This document shows, one piece after another, positions 1-7,410 of a stretch of 32,000 bases of DNA. Origin of the DNA: Candidatus Kuenenia stuttgartensis (lineage in GTDB: Bacteria > Planctomycetota > Brocadiia > Brocadiales > Brocadiaceae); NCBI RefSeq assembly GCF_900232105.1, contig NZ_LT934425.1, positions 1,500,001 to 1,532,000 on the forward strand. Reading direction: 5' to 3'. Position 1 is the stretch's first letter. Each line of letters opens with the position of its first letter. The notes under the pieces are model-generated. The model was not told the origin of the DNA. It saw only the letters and a list, made by a program, of their open reading frames with translations, and did not search any database. The position numbers were made by a program, and so were the translations under genes.

Positions 1-97
1 CGTCTGCGCTATGAATTTGTTCCGAACGACTTTTGATTTTTCCAAGGGCTTCATCAATCTGATGGAGTATTGACAGAACAAGGTCATTATCAAACAT
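1..97 (-). CDS. hepT: HepT-like (DUF86) toxin, N-terminal fragment cut by the window edge
   Basis: A minus-strand ATG at 97..95 sits in ATGTTTGA, overlapping the stop of the upstream nucleotidyltransferase gene by 8 nt. My translation, MFDNDLVLSILHQIDEALGKIKSRSEQIHSAD, resembles DUF86 N-termini. The order NTase then DUF86 is the canonical MntA-HepT arrangement. Confidence 0.5.
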   Translation of the reverse strand, partial: MFDNDLVLSILHQIDEALGKIKSRSEQIHSAD

Positions 98-380
98 AGA
101 CGCCCTCTTTCTCTATGCGTTCTTTAAGAAAAGGGTTCATCTTTTCCCGCATCCTGACAATATCAACCTGTTTCCGCACCCGGCTTTCAATCTCTTCCTT
201 TATGTGCACCATTGCAAACGGGTTGGGAGTCTTTGTTTTTATACAGACGTCAACATCACTGTCCTCCCTCGCTTCATCCCGAGCAATCGAACCGAAGATT
301 CCGATTTCAAGTATGCCGTATTTATCCGCAAAGTTCTGTTTGAAGTCGCGCAAAATGGCTAGTATATCATCTCTTCCCAT
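90..380 (-). CDS. mntA: MntA-type minimal nucleotidyltransferase (antitoxin partner of HepT)
   Basis: 96-aa ORF. GIFGSIARDEAREDSDVDVCI is the GS...DxD signature of the minimal NTase fold. It is translationally coupled to the downstream DUF86-like fragment. Confidence 0.8.
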   Translation of the reverse strand: MGRDDILAILRDFKQNFADKYGILEIGIFGSIARDEAREDSDVDVCIKTKTPNPFAMVHIKEEIESRVRKQVDIVRMREKMNPFLKERIEKEGVYV

Positions 381-482
381 TATCTGCCTCCTACTGCATT
401 TATTGCCAATATCTTCTTTCCATAACTACACCTCAATGACCTTGAGACCTTCAAACCGCAAAGGGAATAAAGGCTAGGATCA

Positions 483-1106
483 TTACCGTTTCATCAACTT
501 TCCCTGGCTTTGAGCAGTTTTGATGACAGGATGATTAGCCGTAAAGATTTGTATCCCCGGCACTGTGACAAAGTCGCCATCATCGGTAATGACCTTTAGC
601 ACACCTGCCTTTGAAATAGCTTCAAGGATAAACAGATCGTAGCCGTCGAGAGGCTGACTCGAAAGCCTTGAGAGAGCAGCATTAGTAACCTGTTCATCTA
701 TTTGAAGGTCAAGCGTTTGAGCCATTGTGTTAACCTGGCTCCAGGCGGTTTGAACTTCTGCTACGACATTGGCCCGTTCTGTTGAATGGTTATGGCGGTA
801 TTCTTTACTACCCAAGGCCCCATTAGAGCGGCTGTAAATCTCCCGCTCCGTCCTTTCGATCAGGTGTGCTAATTCTGCCAGAGAAAGTCCGCATCTGTGG
901 AGTTGGCTTTTCGCTGAAATGGTCTTGCTGATGTATGATGGATAGTCGTTTGTTTGATAAGGTTTGGGACGCGTATCCGCCAGATCTGCCCTGGAATAAG
1001 TAACCCAGTACCATACATTGGTATCCACAAGAAAGATATCGTCTTGCCCCGGTGTGTCATTGCGAATATCGATTACTTCGGCATGGACTGTATAATTGAT
1101 TGCCAT
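483..1106 (-). CDS. PIN-like nuclease domain protein (207 aa, longer than a minimal PIN)
   Basis: Acidic residues occur in PIN order: FLVDTNVW, LAELAHLIE, LDGYDLFILEA, VITDDGDF. Its ATG overlaps the stop of the upstream STAS-like gene (TAATG at 1104-1108). Confidence 0.6.
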   Translation of the reverse strand: MAINYTVHAEVIDIRNDTPGQDDIFLVDTNVWYWVTYSRADLADTRPKPYQTNDYPSYISKTISAKSQLHRCGLSLAELAHLIERTEREIYSRSNGALGSKEYRHNHSTERANVVAEVQTAWSQVNTMAQTLDLQIDEQVTNAALSRLSSQPLDGYDLFILEAISKAGVLKVITDDGDFVTVPGIQIFTANHPVIKTAQSQGKLMKR

Positions 1107-1453
1107 TATAAAGCCTCGGACTGTTCAAGCAGGACTTCGTCAACGGCCTTACGAACGTTAGGGTTGGAATAATACTCTTTAGAGTTCTCAATAACTCTTT
1201 TGAGAACCGCTAAACCTGTAGGGACAATGTTTGTAATTTTGAGGAGGCGGTTAAGGTCGTCAGGTTTAATATCTTTGAGTAGCCGACCAATGGCGGCATT
1301 AAAGAACGGTGATGCAAATATTTTCACATCCTTAAAATCAAGGGCAACGATATTGCCGCCTGATAATTCAGGGTGTATCAAGTTGAAAATTTTCTGACCG
1401 TCCTCCAGTGTAATGCAGTTTTCACCAACCAGATCAAATACGTTTATCTTCAT
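1106..1453 (-). CDS. STAS-like small protein (DUF4325-type)
   Basis: 115-aa ORF. The segment LDFKDVKIFASPFFNAAIGRLL and the overall size match the STAS-like/DUF4325 pattern. GGAGG lies 7 nt upstream of the ATG. Confidence 0.6.
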   Translation of the reverse strand: MKINVFDLVGENCITLEDGQKIFNLIHPELSGGNIVALDFKDVKIFASPFFNAAIGRLLKDIKPDDLNRLLKITNIVPTGLAVLKRVIENSKEYYSNPNVRKAVDEVLLEQSEAL

Positions 1454-1594
1454 TTTAAAACCTCCATTGATTAAAAAAGCGGCTCTTCAACAACTTCTGA
1501 CGCCAAGTGGTAATATGATTCATCACAAATAAAAGTTATATTTATAAGAGTTCCTTCAAAAAATGTAGACCTGTTCAAGAACTCTTCCCGCTTG

Positions 1595-2356
1595 CTATCT
1601 ATGTATAGCATAACCCTCATGGCTAAATACCTCAAGTTTTCCCTTATTGATTTTTACGAACTCTTTAAGCAGATCAAGCCCCAGACCTCTATTATTTGGC
1701 TTCGTGGTTGTCCCGCGCTGAAATGCCCATTTCAGGCAGCTTGCGGCGTTCAAGGAGTGCGCCCGCGGATCATGTTTGAAAAACATTCTTACATTTGACG
1801 GTATCCCAACGCCAAAATCCACAACTGAAAGTTTAAGTTCATGTTTATTCGGGTAATGTTGACCGCAGCTAAAGATACCAATGGGCGACTGGCCATGCTC
1901 AAAGGCATTGGCGTAAATCTCCCAGACCCTGCCAACAATGGCATCCTTCAGCATTTCACTCACAGGAACCCATCCTCGCCCCAGCCAATTCGTTTTCAAG
2001 TAGTCAACCAGAACAACTTTATCTTGGCAAAAATCCTCACGATACGGGATTGAATTACCAGACCATGGAGCGCCGCCAAATCCTAATGTTGAAAAAAACC
2101 CATTCTGTTCCAAGTTTACTTTTATTTTTGGGTGAATCGTATCCAAATCAAATCGAACAATCCCGCCTCTGGCTTGAATTAACCGAGTAAGCCCACCCAG
2201 AAAGGCAACGGCATTATGGCGTAAAAACCTACAACGGTTAAATTCAAATGTCACATCCAGATTGTCGTTATTTACCTGATTCCAGAGGTTAAACAAGACA
2301 TCAAAATCTGCGGTAGTGTAGTCATTGATTGTAGGTATAGAGAGCGTTATCTTCAC
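1595..2356 (-). CDS. GHKL (histidine-kinase-like) ATPase, RsbW/SpoIIAB-type, with a STAS-like N-terminal region
   Basis: 253 aa with N-box EIYANAFEHG, G1 box VVDFGVGIP and G2 box GLGLDLL. The N-terminal ~100 aa (FEFNRCRFLRHNAVAFLGGL...IKVNLEQNGFF) look antagonist/STAS-like. The GTG start overlaps the stop of the hsdS remnant (GTGA). Confidence 0.65.
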   Translation of the reverse strand: MKITLSIPTINDYTTADFDVLFNLWNQVNNDNLDVTFEFNRCRFLRHNAVAFLGGLTRLIQARGGIVRFDLDTIHPKIKVNLEQNGFFSTLGFGGAPWSGNSIPYREDFCQDKVVLVDYLKTNWLGRGWVPVSEMLKDAIVGRVWEIYANAFEHGQSPIGIFSCGQHYPNKHELKLSVVDFGVGIPSNVRMFFKHDPRAHSLNAASCLKWAFQRGTTTKPNNRGLGLDLLKEFVKINKGKLEVFSHEGYAIHR

Positions 2357-2574
2357 AACTCCCCTCTAAAGGCCTTTGCCAGTAAGGCTGGAGTAAAGAC
2401 TGCCAGTTCTGCCTCTGTCTCGGATTGCAATTGTTTAAGTTCTTCCGATTTCCTTTGAAGACCGTTGAGATATTCAACAATACTGCGCTGTTCTGCTTTA
2501 TCATTAGGGAATCTCATAGAAAGCGGACCAACTCCGTTTTGGTTTTTGTATAGCCCTGTTTCCTGGAAAAACAT
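2353..2574 (-). pseudogene. hsdS: Type I restriction-modification specificity subunit (HsdS), C-terminal remnant
   Basis: In the 73-aa ORF, AEQRSIVEYLNGLQRKSEELKQLQSETEAELAVFTPALLAKAFRGEL matches the conserved C-terminal coiled-coil region of HsdS. No TRD1, hsdM or hsdR is present in the window. Its ATG abuts the MITE-like insertion. Confidence 0.65.
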
Positions 2575-2580
2575 GATTAA

Positions 2581-2680
2581 TGTAACACTTTAGTTTTTTG
2601 GAAAAACAGGGACGAAGCATTTGCCCGTTTGGGCAAGAATGCATTTATGGCAATTTACAGCAAATGCTTCGCCCCTACAC
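2581..2680. mobile_element. MITE-like ~99-100-bp insertion flanked by a TGATTAA(T) direct repeat
   Basis: TGATTAAT occurs at 2574-2581 and again at 2681-2688. The insert starts with the dispersed motif TGTAACACTTTAGTTTTTTGGAAAAA. It also contains a 17-bp stem with 1 mismatch (AGGGACGAAGCATTTGC at 2609-2625 against GCAAATGCTTCGCCCCT at 2660-2676) and an inner TTGCCC-GTTT-GGGCAA hairpin. Confidence 0.6.
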
Positions 2681-2688
2681 TGATTAAT

Positions 2689-2834
2689 AGATACATGCAT
2701 CCATCGCTTTTCAGACGCAGTGTTTTCACAAATTCTGGTTTTGAGTGTCCAGACACATAGACTTTGAAAAAATAGCCACCCCCTGTAAACGCAATGGTAT
2801 GGTGCTCCTCTTGTATCCCCTTATTTCCAGCAAG
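2689..2834 (-). pseudogene. Upstream piece of the interrupted hsdS-like reading frame
   Basis: 48 open codons (LAGNKGIQEEHHTIAFTGGGYFFKVYVSGHSKPEFVKTLRLKSDGCMYL...) are in frame with the 2574..2353 ORF once the insert and one repeat copy are removed (...CMYLLI-MFFQETG...). As it stands, the frame stops 10 codons into the insert. There is no start codon, and stop codons lie immediately upstream. Confidence 0.4.
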
Positions 2835-2840
2835 TCAATA

Positions 2841-3058
2841 TTATTTTCCAGTCTCTACAGGTATCATCACACTTATTTCTTTCAGTGTTACAAGCCTGGA
2901 AGTATCGGGTATTTCAATTTCAAGAGTGGTAAGCCCTGCTTGTCAAGATGAAGAATTACACCCTCCTTCAAATCTATTGAGTCACCAAGCGTACCATCTC
3001 TAAGCTCTATCAGAACAATATCAGCTTCCTTTGAATATTTTATCTTCAGATGTACCAC
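2841..3058 (-). pseudogene. DUF2283-like small gene, apparently frameshifted
   Basis: My minus-strand translation from GTG 3058 (AAGGAGG lies just upstream) is VVHLKIKYSKEADIVLIELRDGTLGDSIDLKEGVILHLDKQGLPLLKLKYPILPGL*, stopping at 2888. The family-typical C-terminus LEIEIPDTSRLVTLKEISVMIPVETGK* lies in another frame and ends at 2841. The usual MKIKY start is CTG here. Confidence 0.45.
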
Positions 3059-3183
3059 CTCCTTTATAATAACGTTCTCTATAAGGGAAATCCACTGTGA
3101 GCAATATTGGTATAGATGATAGGAAATTGCTTTTCCCCATTAGGCGGTCAGATTAGCAAAAACATGGAAATTTGCAAAATTTT

Positions 3184-3741
3184 TTATTTTATCGGCTTTA
3201 TTGAATATTTATCTTTCACTTTTTCCCACATCGTCTCGGCAGCCTGCACCGAAGGTTTGCCCGCTTCTAAATGAACGAGTTTGCCGTCACGATCGTAGAC
3301 CAGGACAACCGTCTTTTTCTTAGGCACTTTCAGGGCCCGGCGGATCTCTCCGCCGTTGTCGATCAGGAGAAGCGGCTCCTTGCCGAACTGGTAATCCTTC
3401 TTCATTCCCTTGATGGCCGCGCCCTTAAATAAGCTCGGTTGCATGTCTTCCAGGAAAGCCAATTTGGCTTTGGAACCCGCTTTGGCTTTTAAGAGATACT
3501 TATTCCACTTTTCCTGGGCGGATTTATTCTTCAAAATAGGCGCCGTCACCACCAGCACTATGCCATCTTTGGAAATACTCTCGTTCGTAAACGTATTTCC
3601 ATTCGGGTCATTCAGAGAAAAGGCGGGAAGTGTTTGAGCGAAGAGCGACGCATCTGGGACTCCGAGGGTGTGTATTTTCTCTGTACAGGACACACTCGTC
3701 AACACAATGATTAAAGCAATAAATAGAAGCCAGTTTTTCAT
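3184..3741 (-). CDS. Exported protein, possible lipoprotein, with redoxin-like layout but no CxxC
   Basis: I prefer the internal ATG at 3741, which gives the signal peptide MKNWLLFIALIIVLTSVSC. PAFSLNDPNGNTF...GIVLVVTAPILKNKSAQEKW resembles the thioredoxin-fold/redoxin layout but lacks cysteines. The functional call is tentative. Confidence 0.5.
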   Translation of the reverse strand: MKNWLLFIALIIVLTSVSCTEKIHTLGVPDASLFAQTLPAFSLNDPNGNTFTNESISKDGIVLVVTAPILKNKSAQEKWNKYLLKAKAGSKAKLAFLEDMQPSLFKGAAIKGMKKDYQFGKEPLLLIDNGGEIRRALKVPKKKTVVLVYDRDGKLVHLEAGKPSVQAAETMWEKVKDKYSIKPIK

Positions 3742-4098
3742 GAGTTCATCTTTTTCAAAGCACCTGGTGACCCTGTATGATCCGAACGAGGACCACAACC
3801 ACGGCGATTACCCACAACATACGCTCATCCTTTCCCCCCCTCTTATCTGATCCCGCTTACACTTCGCTTGATCATGATTCAGGTTAATAGATATGTGAAT
3901 GTGCGCCACAGAGATTTCGCTATTACGCAGCTTATAATGTTGTTGTGTTGGCGTAGGTTACAAAGATTGAACAGCAACGCCGCCATTCAGATAGTACGAT
4001 ACATCCTGCCTTCTGATTGCTGACTTCTGTTTTTCTACCTTCGTTGCAGCTCCGTATTTCAAAATAGATGCTTTGTAGACAATGGAGTGCGAGTTTAA

Positions 4099-4123
4099 CA
4101 CGGACAAACGGGGTTTGTCCGTG
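4099..4123 (-). terminator. GC-rich hairpin downstream of hutU
   Basis: CACGGACAAA-CGGGG-TTTGTCCGTG is a perfect 10-bp stem lying 56 nt past the hutU stop. Neither strand has a clean U-tract after it, so terminator function is uncertain. Confidence 0.3.
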
Positions 4124-4178
4124 CCACCCTTATAAAAAAACTAACATTTTGCGGGCATTTTGAGTATAGCAAAAGAAA

Positions 4179-5864
4179 CTACTCCGGTATTTTTACGCCC
4201 TTTTCCTTTGCAACAATAATTGCATCTTCGTATCCGGCGTCGACATGGCGTGCGATTCCTATGCCTGGGTCTGCGGTTAAAACCCTTTCAAGTCTCTTGT
4301 CTTTCTCTGCGGTTCCGTCAGCAACGATTACCATTCCCGCATGGAGAGAGTTTCCTATCCCCACGCCGCCGCCATGGTGAAAACTTACCCAGCTTGCGCC
4401 ATTCACTGCGTTCAGGGCAAAATTCAATAACGGCCAATCGGCAATTGCATCGCTGCCGTCTTTCATGTTTTCCGTTTCCCTGTAAGGAGAAGCAACAGAA
4501 CCGCAGTCAAGATGGTCTCTTCCGATAACCACAGGCGCTTTCACCACACCCCTTCTTACCATATCATTAATAATGAGTCCCATCTTTGCGCGTTCGCCAT
4601 ATCCCATCCAGCAAATCCTTGCGGGAAGCCCTGCTTGTGGTACCTTTTGCCTTGCAAGGTTTATCCATCGAACGAGAGCCGTATCATCAGGAAAATTTTC
4701 AATAATCGCCTGGTCTATCTTATCGATGTCCGCCGTATCCCCCGATAACGCAGCCCAGCGAAACGGGCCTTTCCCCTGGCAAAACAACGGCCTGATAAAT
4801 GCGGAGACAAAGCCGGGATACCAGTAGTTCCCGTGTGAATCACGCATGGAAACACCGGCAAACTCCGCCTGTGAACGCAGATTGTTGCCGTAGTCAAAGC
4901 ATATTGCCCCGTTTCTCTGCATCTGTAAAATCGCCTTTACGTGTTCGATAATGGCGTCAAAGACCTTTTCCTTATAGACCCGTTTATTTTTCTCCCGCAC
5001 GTTATCCAATTCTTTTAAATCGCCCACCGGCACGTAGGACATTAAATCATGCGCCGGGGTTTGATCCGTTACGATATCCGGGGTTATTCCGCGTTTTACC
5101 AGTTCCGGATGAATAACAGCGGCATTCCCAACCAGTCCCACTGAAAGGGGTATTTGCCGGGATTTTGCATCAGATATCCACGACAATGCCTCATCAAGGC
5201 TCTCTGTGATTTTGTCACAATATCCCTCTCTTACCCTTTTTTCTATACGGTCCTTTCGCACTTCCACACAAAGGACTACCCCGTCATTCATTGTTACCGC
5301 AAGGGGCTGTGCGCCGCTCATGCCACCCATACCCGCGGTAAGCACGAATTTCCCCTTTAAAGAATCGGTATTCAGTACTTTTTTCGCCAATGCCGCGAAG
5401 GTTTCGTAGGTACCCTGCAAAATTCCCTGAGCGCCAATATAAATCCAGCTTCCTGCCGTCATCTGTCCATACATAGTAAGGCCGAGGGCGTCGTAATTAT
5501 CAAATATATCCTGGTTTGCCCATCCGGGGACAAGGTTGGCGTTTGCGAGGATGACCCTTGGCGCCCATTCATGCGTTTTTGCCACGTACACCGGCTTCCC
5601 CGACTGTACACAGAGCGTTTCGTCTTTTTTTAATGTTTTTAATGCGGCAACAATCCTTTGATATTCCTTCCAGTTCCTTACGGCGCGTCCATTCCCGCCA
5701 TATACAATAAGTTCTTCCGGCTGAACGGCGATATCAGGGTCAAGATTATTCATCAACATGCGCAACGCCGCCTCGCTATCCCAGTTGTCGCAGTTGAGGG
5801 TAGTTCCTGTGGGCGCCTTAATCGGGCCTTCCGGTCTGAATTCATAAAACATCGGTCGGGTCAT
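4179..5864 (-). CDS. hutU: Urocanate hydratase
   Basis: The protein shows full-length urocanase-like sequence ([74 protein letters not shown]). I prefer the ATG at 5864 (AAGGA upstream) over the TTG at 5873. Confidence 0.9.
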   Translation of the reverse strand: MTRPMFYEFRPEGPIKAPTGTTLNCDNWDSEAALRMLMNNLDPDIAVQPEELIVYGGNGRAVRNWKEYQRIVAALKTLKKDETLCVQSGKPVYVAKTHEWAPRVILANANLVPGWANQDIFDNYDALGLTMYGQMTAGSWIYIGAQGILQGTYETFAALAKKVLNTDSLKGKFVLTAGMGGMSGAQPLAVTMNDGVVLCVEVRKDRIEKRVREGYCDKITESLDEALSWISDAKSRQIPLSVGLVGNAAVIHPELVKRGITPDIVTDQTPAHDLMSYVPVGDLKELDNVREKNKRVYKEKVFDAIIEHVKAILQMQRNGAICFDYGNNLRSQAEFAGVSMRDSHGNYWYPGFVSAFIRPLFCQGKGPFRWAALSGDTADIDKIDQAIIENFPDDTALVRWINLARQKVPQAGLPARICWMGYGERAKMGLIINDMVRRGVVKAPVVIGRDHLDCGSVASPYRETENMKDGSDAIADWPLLNFALNAVNGASWVSFHHGGGVGIGNSLHAGMVIVADGTAEKDKRLERVLTADPGIGIARHVDAGYEDAIIVAKEKGVKIPE

Positions 5865-6055
5865 AAGTATCAATTCCTTAAAAATCTTTAGAGGTAATTT
5901 ATTTTCACAAATGTGTCCTGTTTTAGGGGATATTACCTAAAAAAGGGGACAAGGGGGTTGTAATTTTGCATGTATTTCGAGTAAGCTGAACTGTTGGAAA
6001 AAGAGTTTATATTTATTTGAAGAAAAAAGCAATTTTAAAAATGATGCACACAACT

Positions 6056-6241
6056 CCTAAACTGGCATGGTTATAATCAAACAAACACGAAACGTGAAAT
6101 ACGAAAGGGGAACCTCGGATTAAAAGAAATCTCCAGTCTCCAATTACTAATGACTAATGACCAAATAAGGTACTGATTGCGTTCTTAAGCCGGAGCTTTT
6201 GAACGAGTTTTTTCAATTTTTCAAAAAACTAAATTGTTACA
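6056..6241 (+). repeat. Longest copy of the mosaic intergenic repeat (modules M1-M6)
   Basis: It reads CCTAAACTGGCAT...CAAACAAACACGAAACGTGAAATACGAAAGGGGAACC...CTCCAGTCTCCAATTACTAATGACTAATGACC..AAGGTACT...TTTTTCAAAAAACTAAATTGTTACA. Each module recurs elsewhere in the window (see the other repeat features). It ends 30 nt before the ogg start. Confidence 0.7.
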
Positions 6242-6271
6242 ATGAATTTGTAATGTGGGATTCATAATACC

Positions 6272-7081
6272 TTGCCAAAACTAGCGGTAAAAGATTTTAA
6301 TCTCAGCCACACACTCTTATGCGGCCAATTGTTCCGGGTGAAAAAAATAGACGATTGGTTCTACGTTGCAGCAAAAAACCGAATATTCAAAATCCGGCAG
6401 TTATCAGAGCATGTGGAATATTATGGCGTCGGCAAAAAATTCTTAACGAATTTTTTTGCGCTTGATGAACCGTATGGCGATATACTATCGCAAATAAATA
6501 AGGATTCACACATGAACAGTGCGATAGGGAAGTTTTACGGATTGCGTATCGTGCGGCAGGATCCCTGGGAGTGTTTGATATCGTTTATGTGTTCTTCCGC
6601 CGCAAACATTCCAAAGATACAGTTAAACCTTGAAAATCTCTCAGAGTATTTTGGCGAGAAAGTGCGGCTGCATGATTTCGAATGGCACACCTTTCCCCGT
6701 CCGGGTAAACTGGACGATTACCAGCAGATTTTAATGGCAAAGACAGGATTCCGTGCAGTACATATTAAAAAGGCAAACGATACCATCAACGATGCTTTTT
6801 TAACTGCATTAAACAAACTCCCCTATCCGGAGGCTAAAAAAGCCCTGCTGCAGATTCCAGGCGTCGGAAACAAGATTGCAGACTGCGTTCTCTTGTTTTC
6901 CCTTGGGTTTTCAGAGGCGTTTCCTATTGATACATGGATAAAAAAAATCCTCCAGCGGCTTTATTTTAAAGATGAAACCGTATCAAATAATGAATTGCAC
7001 ACGTTTGGGGTGCATTATTTTGGGAAATACGCAGGATACGCCCAGCAATTCCTCTATATGCTTGCAAGAGAAAATAAATAA
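6272..7081 (+). CDS. ogg: 8-oxoguanine DNA glycosylase/AP lyase (OGG1-type, HhH-GPD)
   Basis: The HhH-GPD motif LLQIPGVGNKIADCVLLFSLG carries the catalytic Lys, and the Asp lies in AFPIDTWIKK. The N-terminal region is OGG_N-like. The start codon is TTG. Confidence 0.8.
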   Translation: MPKLAVKDFNLSHTLLCGQLFRVKKIDDWFYVAAKNRIFKIRQLSEHVEYYGVGKKFLTNFFALDEPYGDILSQINKDSHMNSAIGKFYGLRIVRQDPWECLISFMCSSAANIPKIQLNLENLSEYFGEKVRLHDFEWHTFPRPGKLDDYQQILMAKTGFRAVHIKKANDTINDAFLTALNKLPYPEAKKALLQIPGVGNKIADCVLLFSLGFSEAFPIDTWIKKILQRLYFKDETVSNNELHTFGVHYFGKYAGYAQQFLYMLARENK

Positions 7082-7209
7082 CCCGCGTTTTTGTTAACAA
7101 ACGATGGATGAAGTGCTGCCAAAAATGCGTGGATTTTAAAAAATATTTGCGTTAAGATGAGAGTTTAATTGTTTATTTGATTATTTAAATAAGAGGGAGA
7201 ATATGTAAA

Positions 7210-7410
7210 ATGGGTGAAAATAAAGTAATTACCAAGGATATGATTATTAATGATGTGATACAAAAATATTCTAAGACAATTGGTATTTTTAAGGATTTTG
7301 GCGTAGATTCCTGCTGCGGCGGTGGGTTCAGCATCGAAAAAACAGCGGCAATGAGCGGGGGAGATATGGAAAAACTGCTTGAGAAACTGAATAAGGCGAT
7401 CGACGAATAA
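7210..7410 (+). CDS. Stand-alone ScdA_N (DUF542)-type small protein
   Basis: 66 aa. FKDFGVDSCCGGGFSIEKTA matches the D-x-CCGG signature of the YtfE/ScdA N-terminal domain. AGAGGGAG lies upstream of the ATG. Confidence 0.65.
   Translation: MGENKVITKDMIINDVIQKYSKTIGIFKDFGVDSCCGGGFSIEKTAAMSGGDMEKLLEKLNKAIDE

Noticed and set aside
1546-1586. 8-bp inverted repeat (AAGAGTTC...GAACTCTT) in the 140-nt gap between the GHKL and STAS-like genes
   Set aside because: The stem is short with a 25-nt loop and no U-tract. That is too weak to call a terminator or attenuator.
2745-3003. Two overlapping plus-strand ORFs (68 and 69 aa)
   Set aside because: They are antisense to the hsdS-like fragment and the DUF2283-like pseudogene, which give recognisable protein sequence. 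The plus-strand products are low-complexity with no motifs.
3059-3183. 39-aa minus-strand ORF (MGKSNFLSSIPILLTVDFPYRERYYKGGG...) upstream of the DUF2283-like gene, considered as a DUF4258-type partner remnant
   Set aside because: I could defend no recognisable motif. It is too short and overlaps the DUF2283-like start region.
4179-5864. hutU without adjacent hutH/hutI/hutG, considered as an anomaly
   Set aside because: hut genes are frequently dispersed. Nothing in the sequence itself indicates unusual function or recent acquisition.
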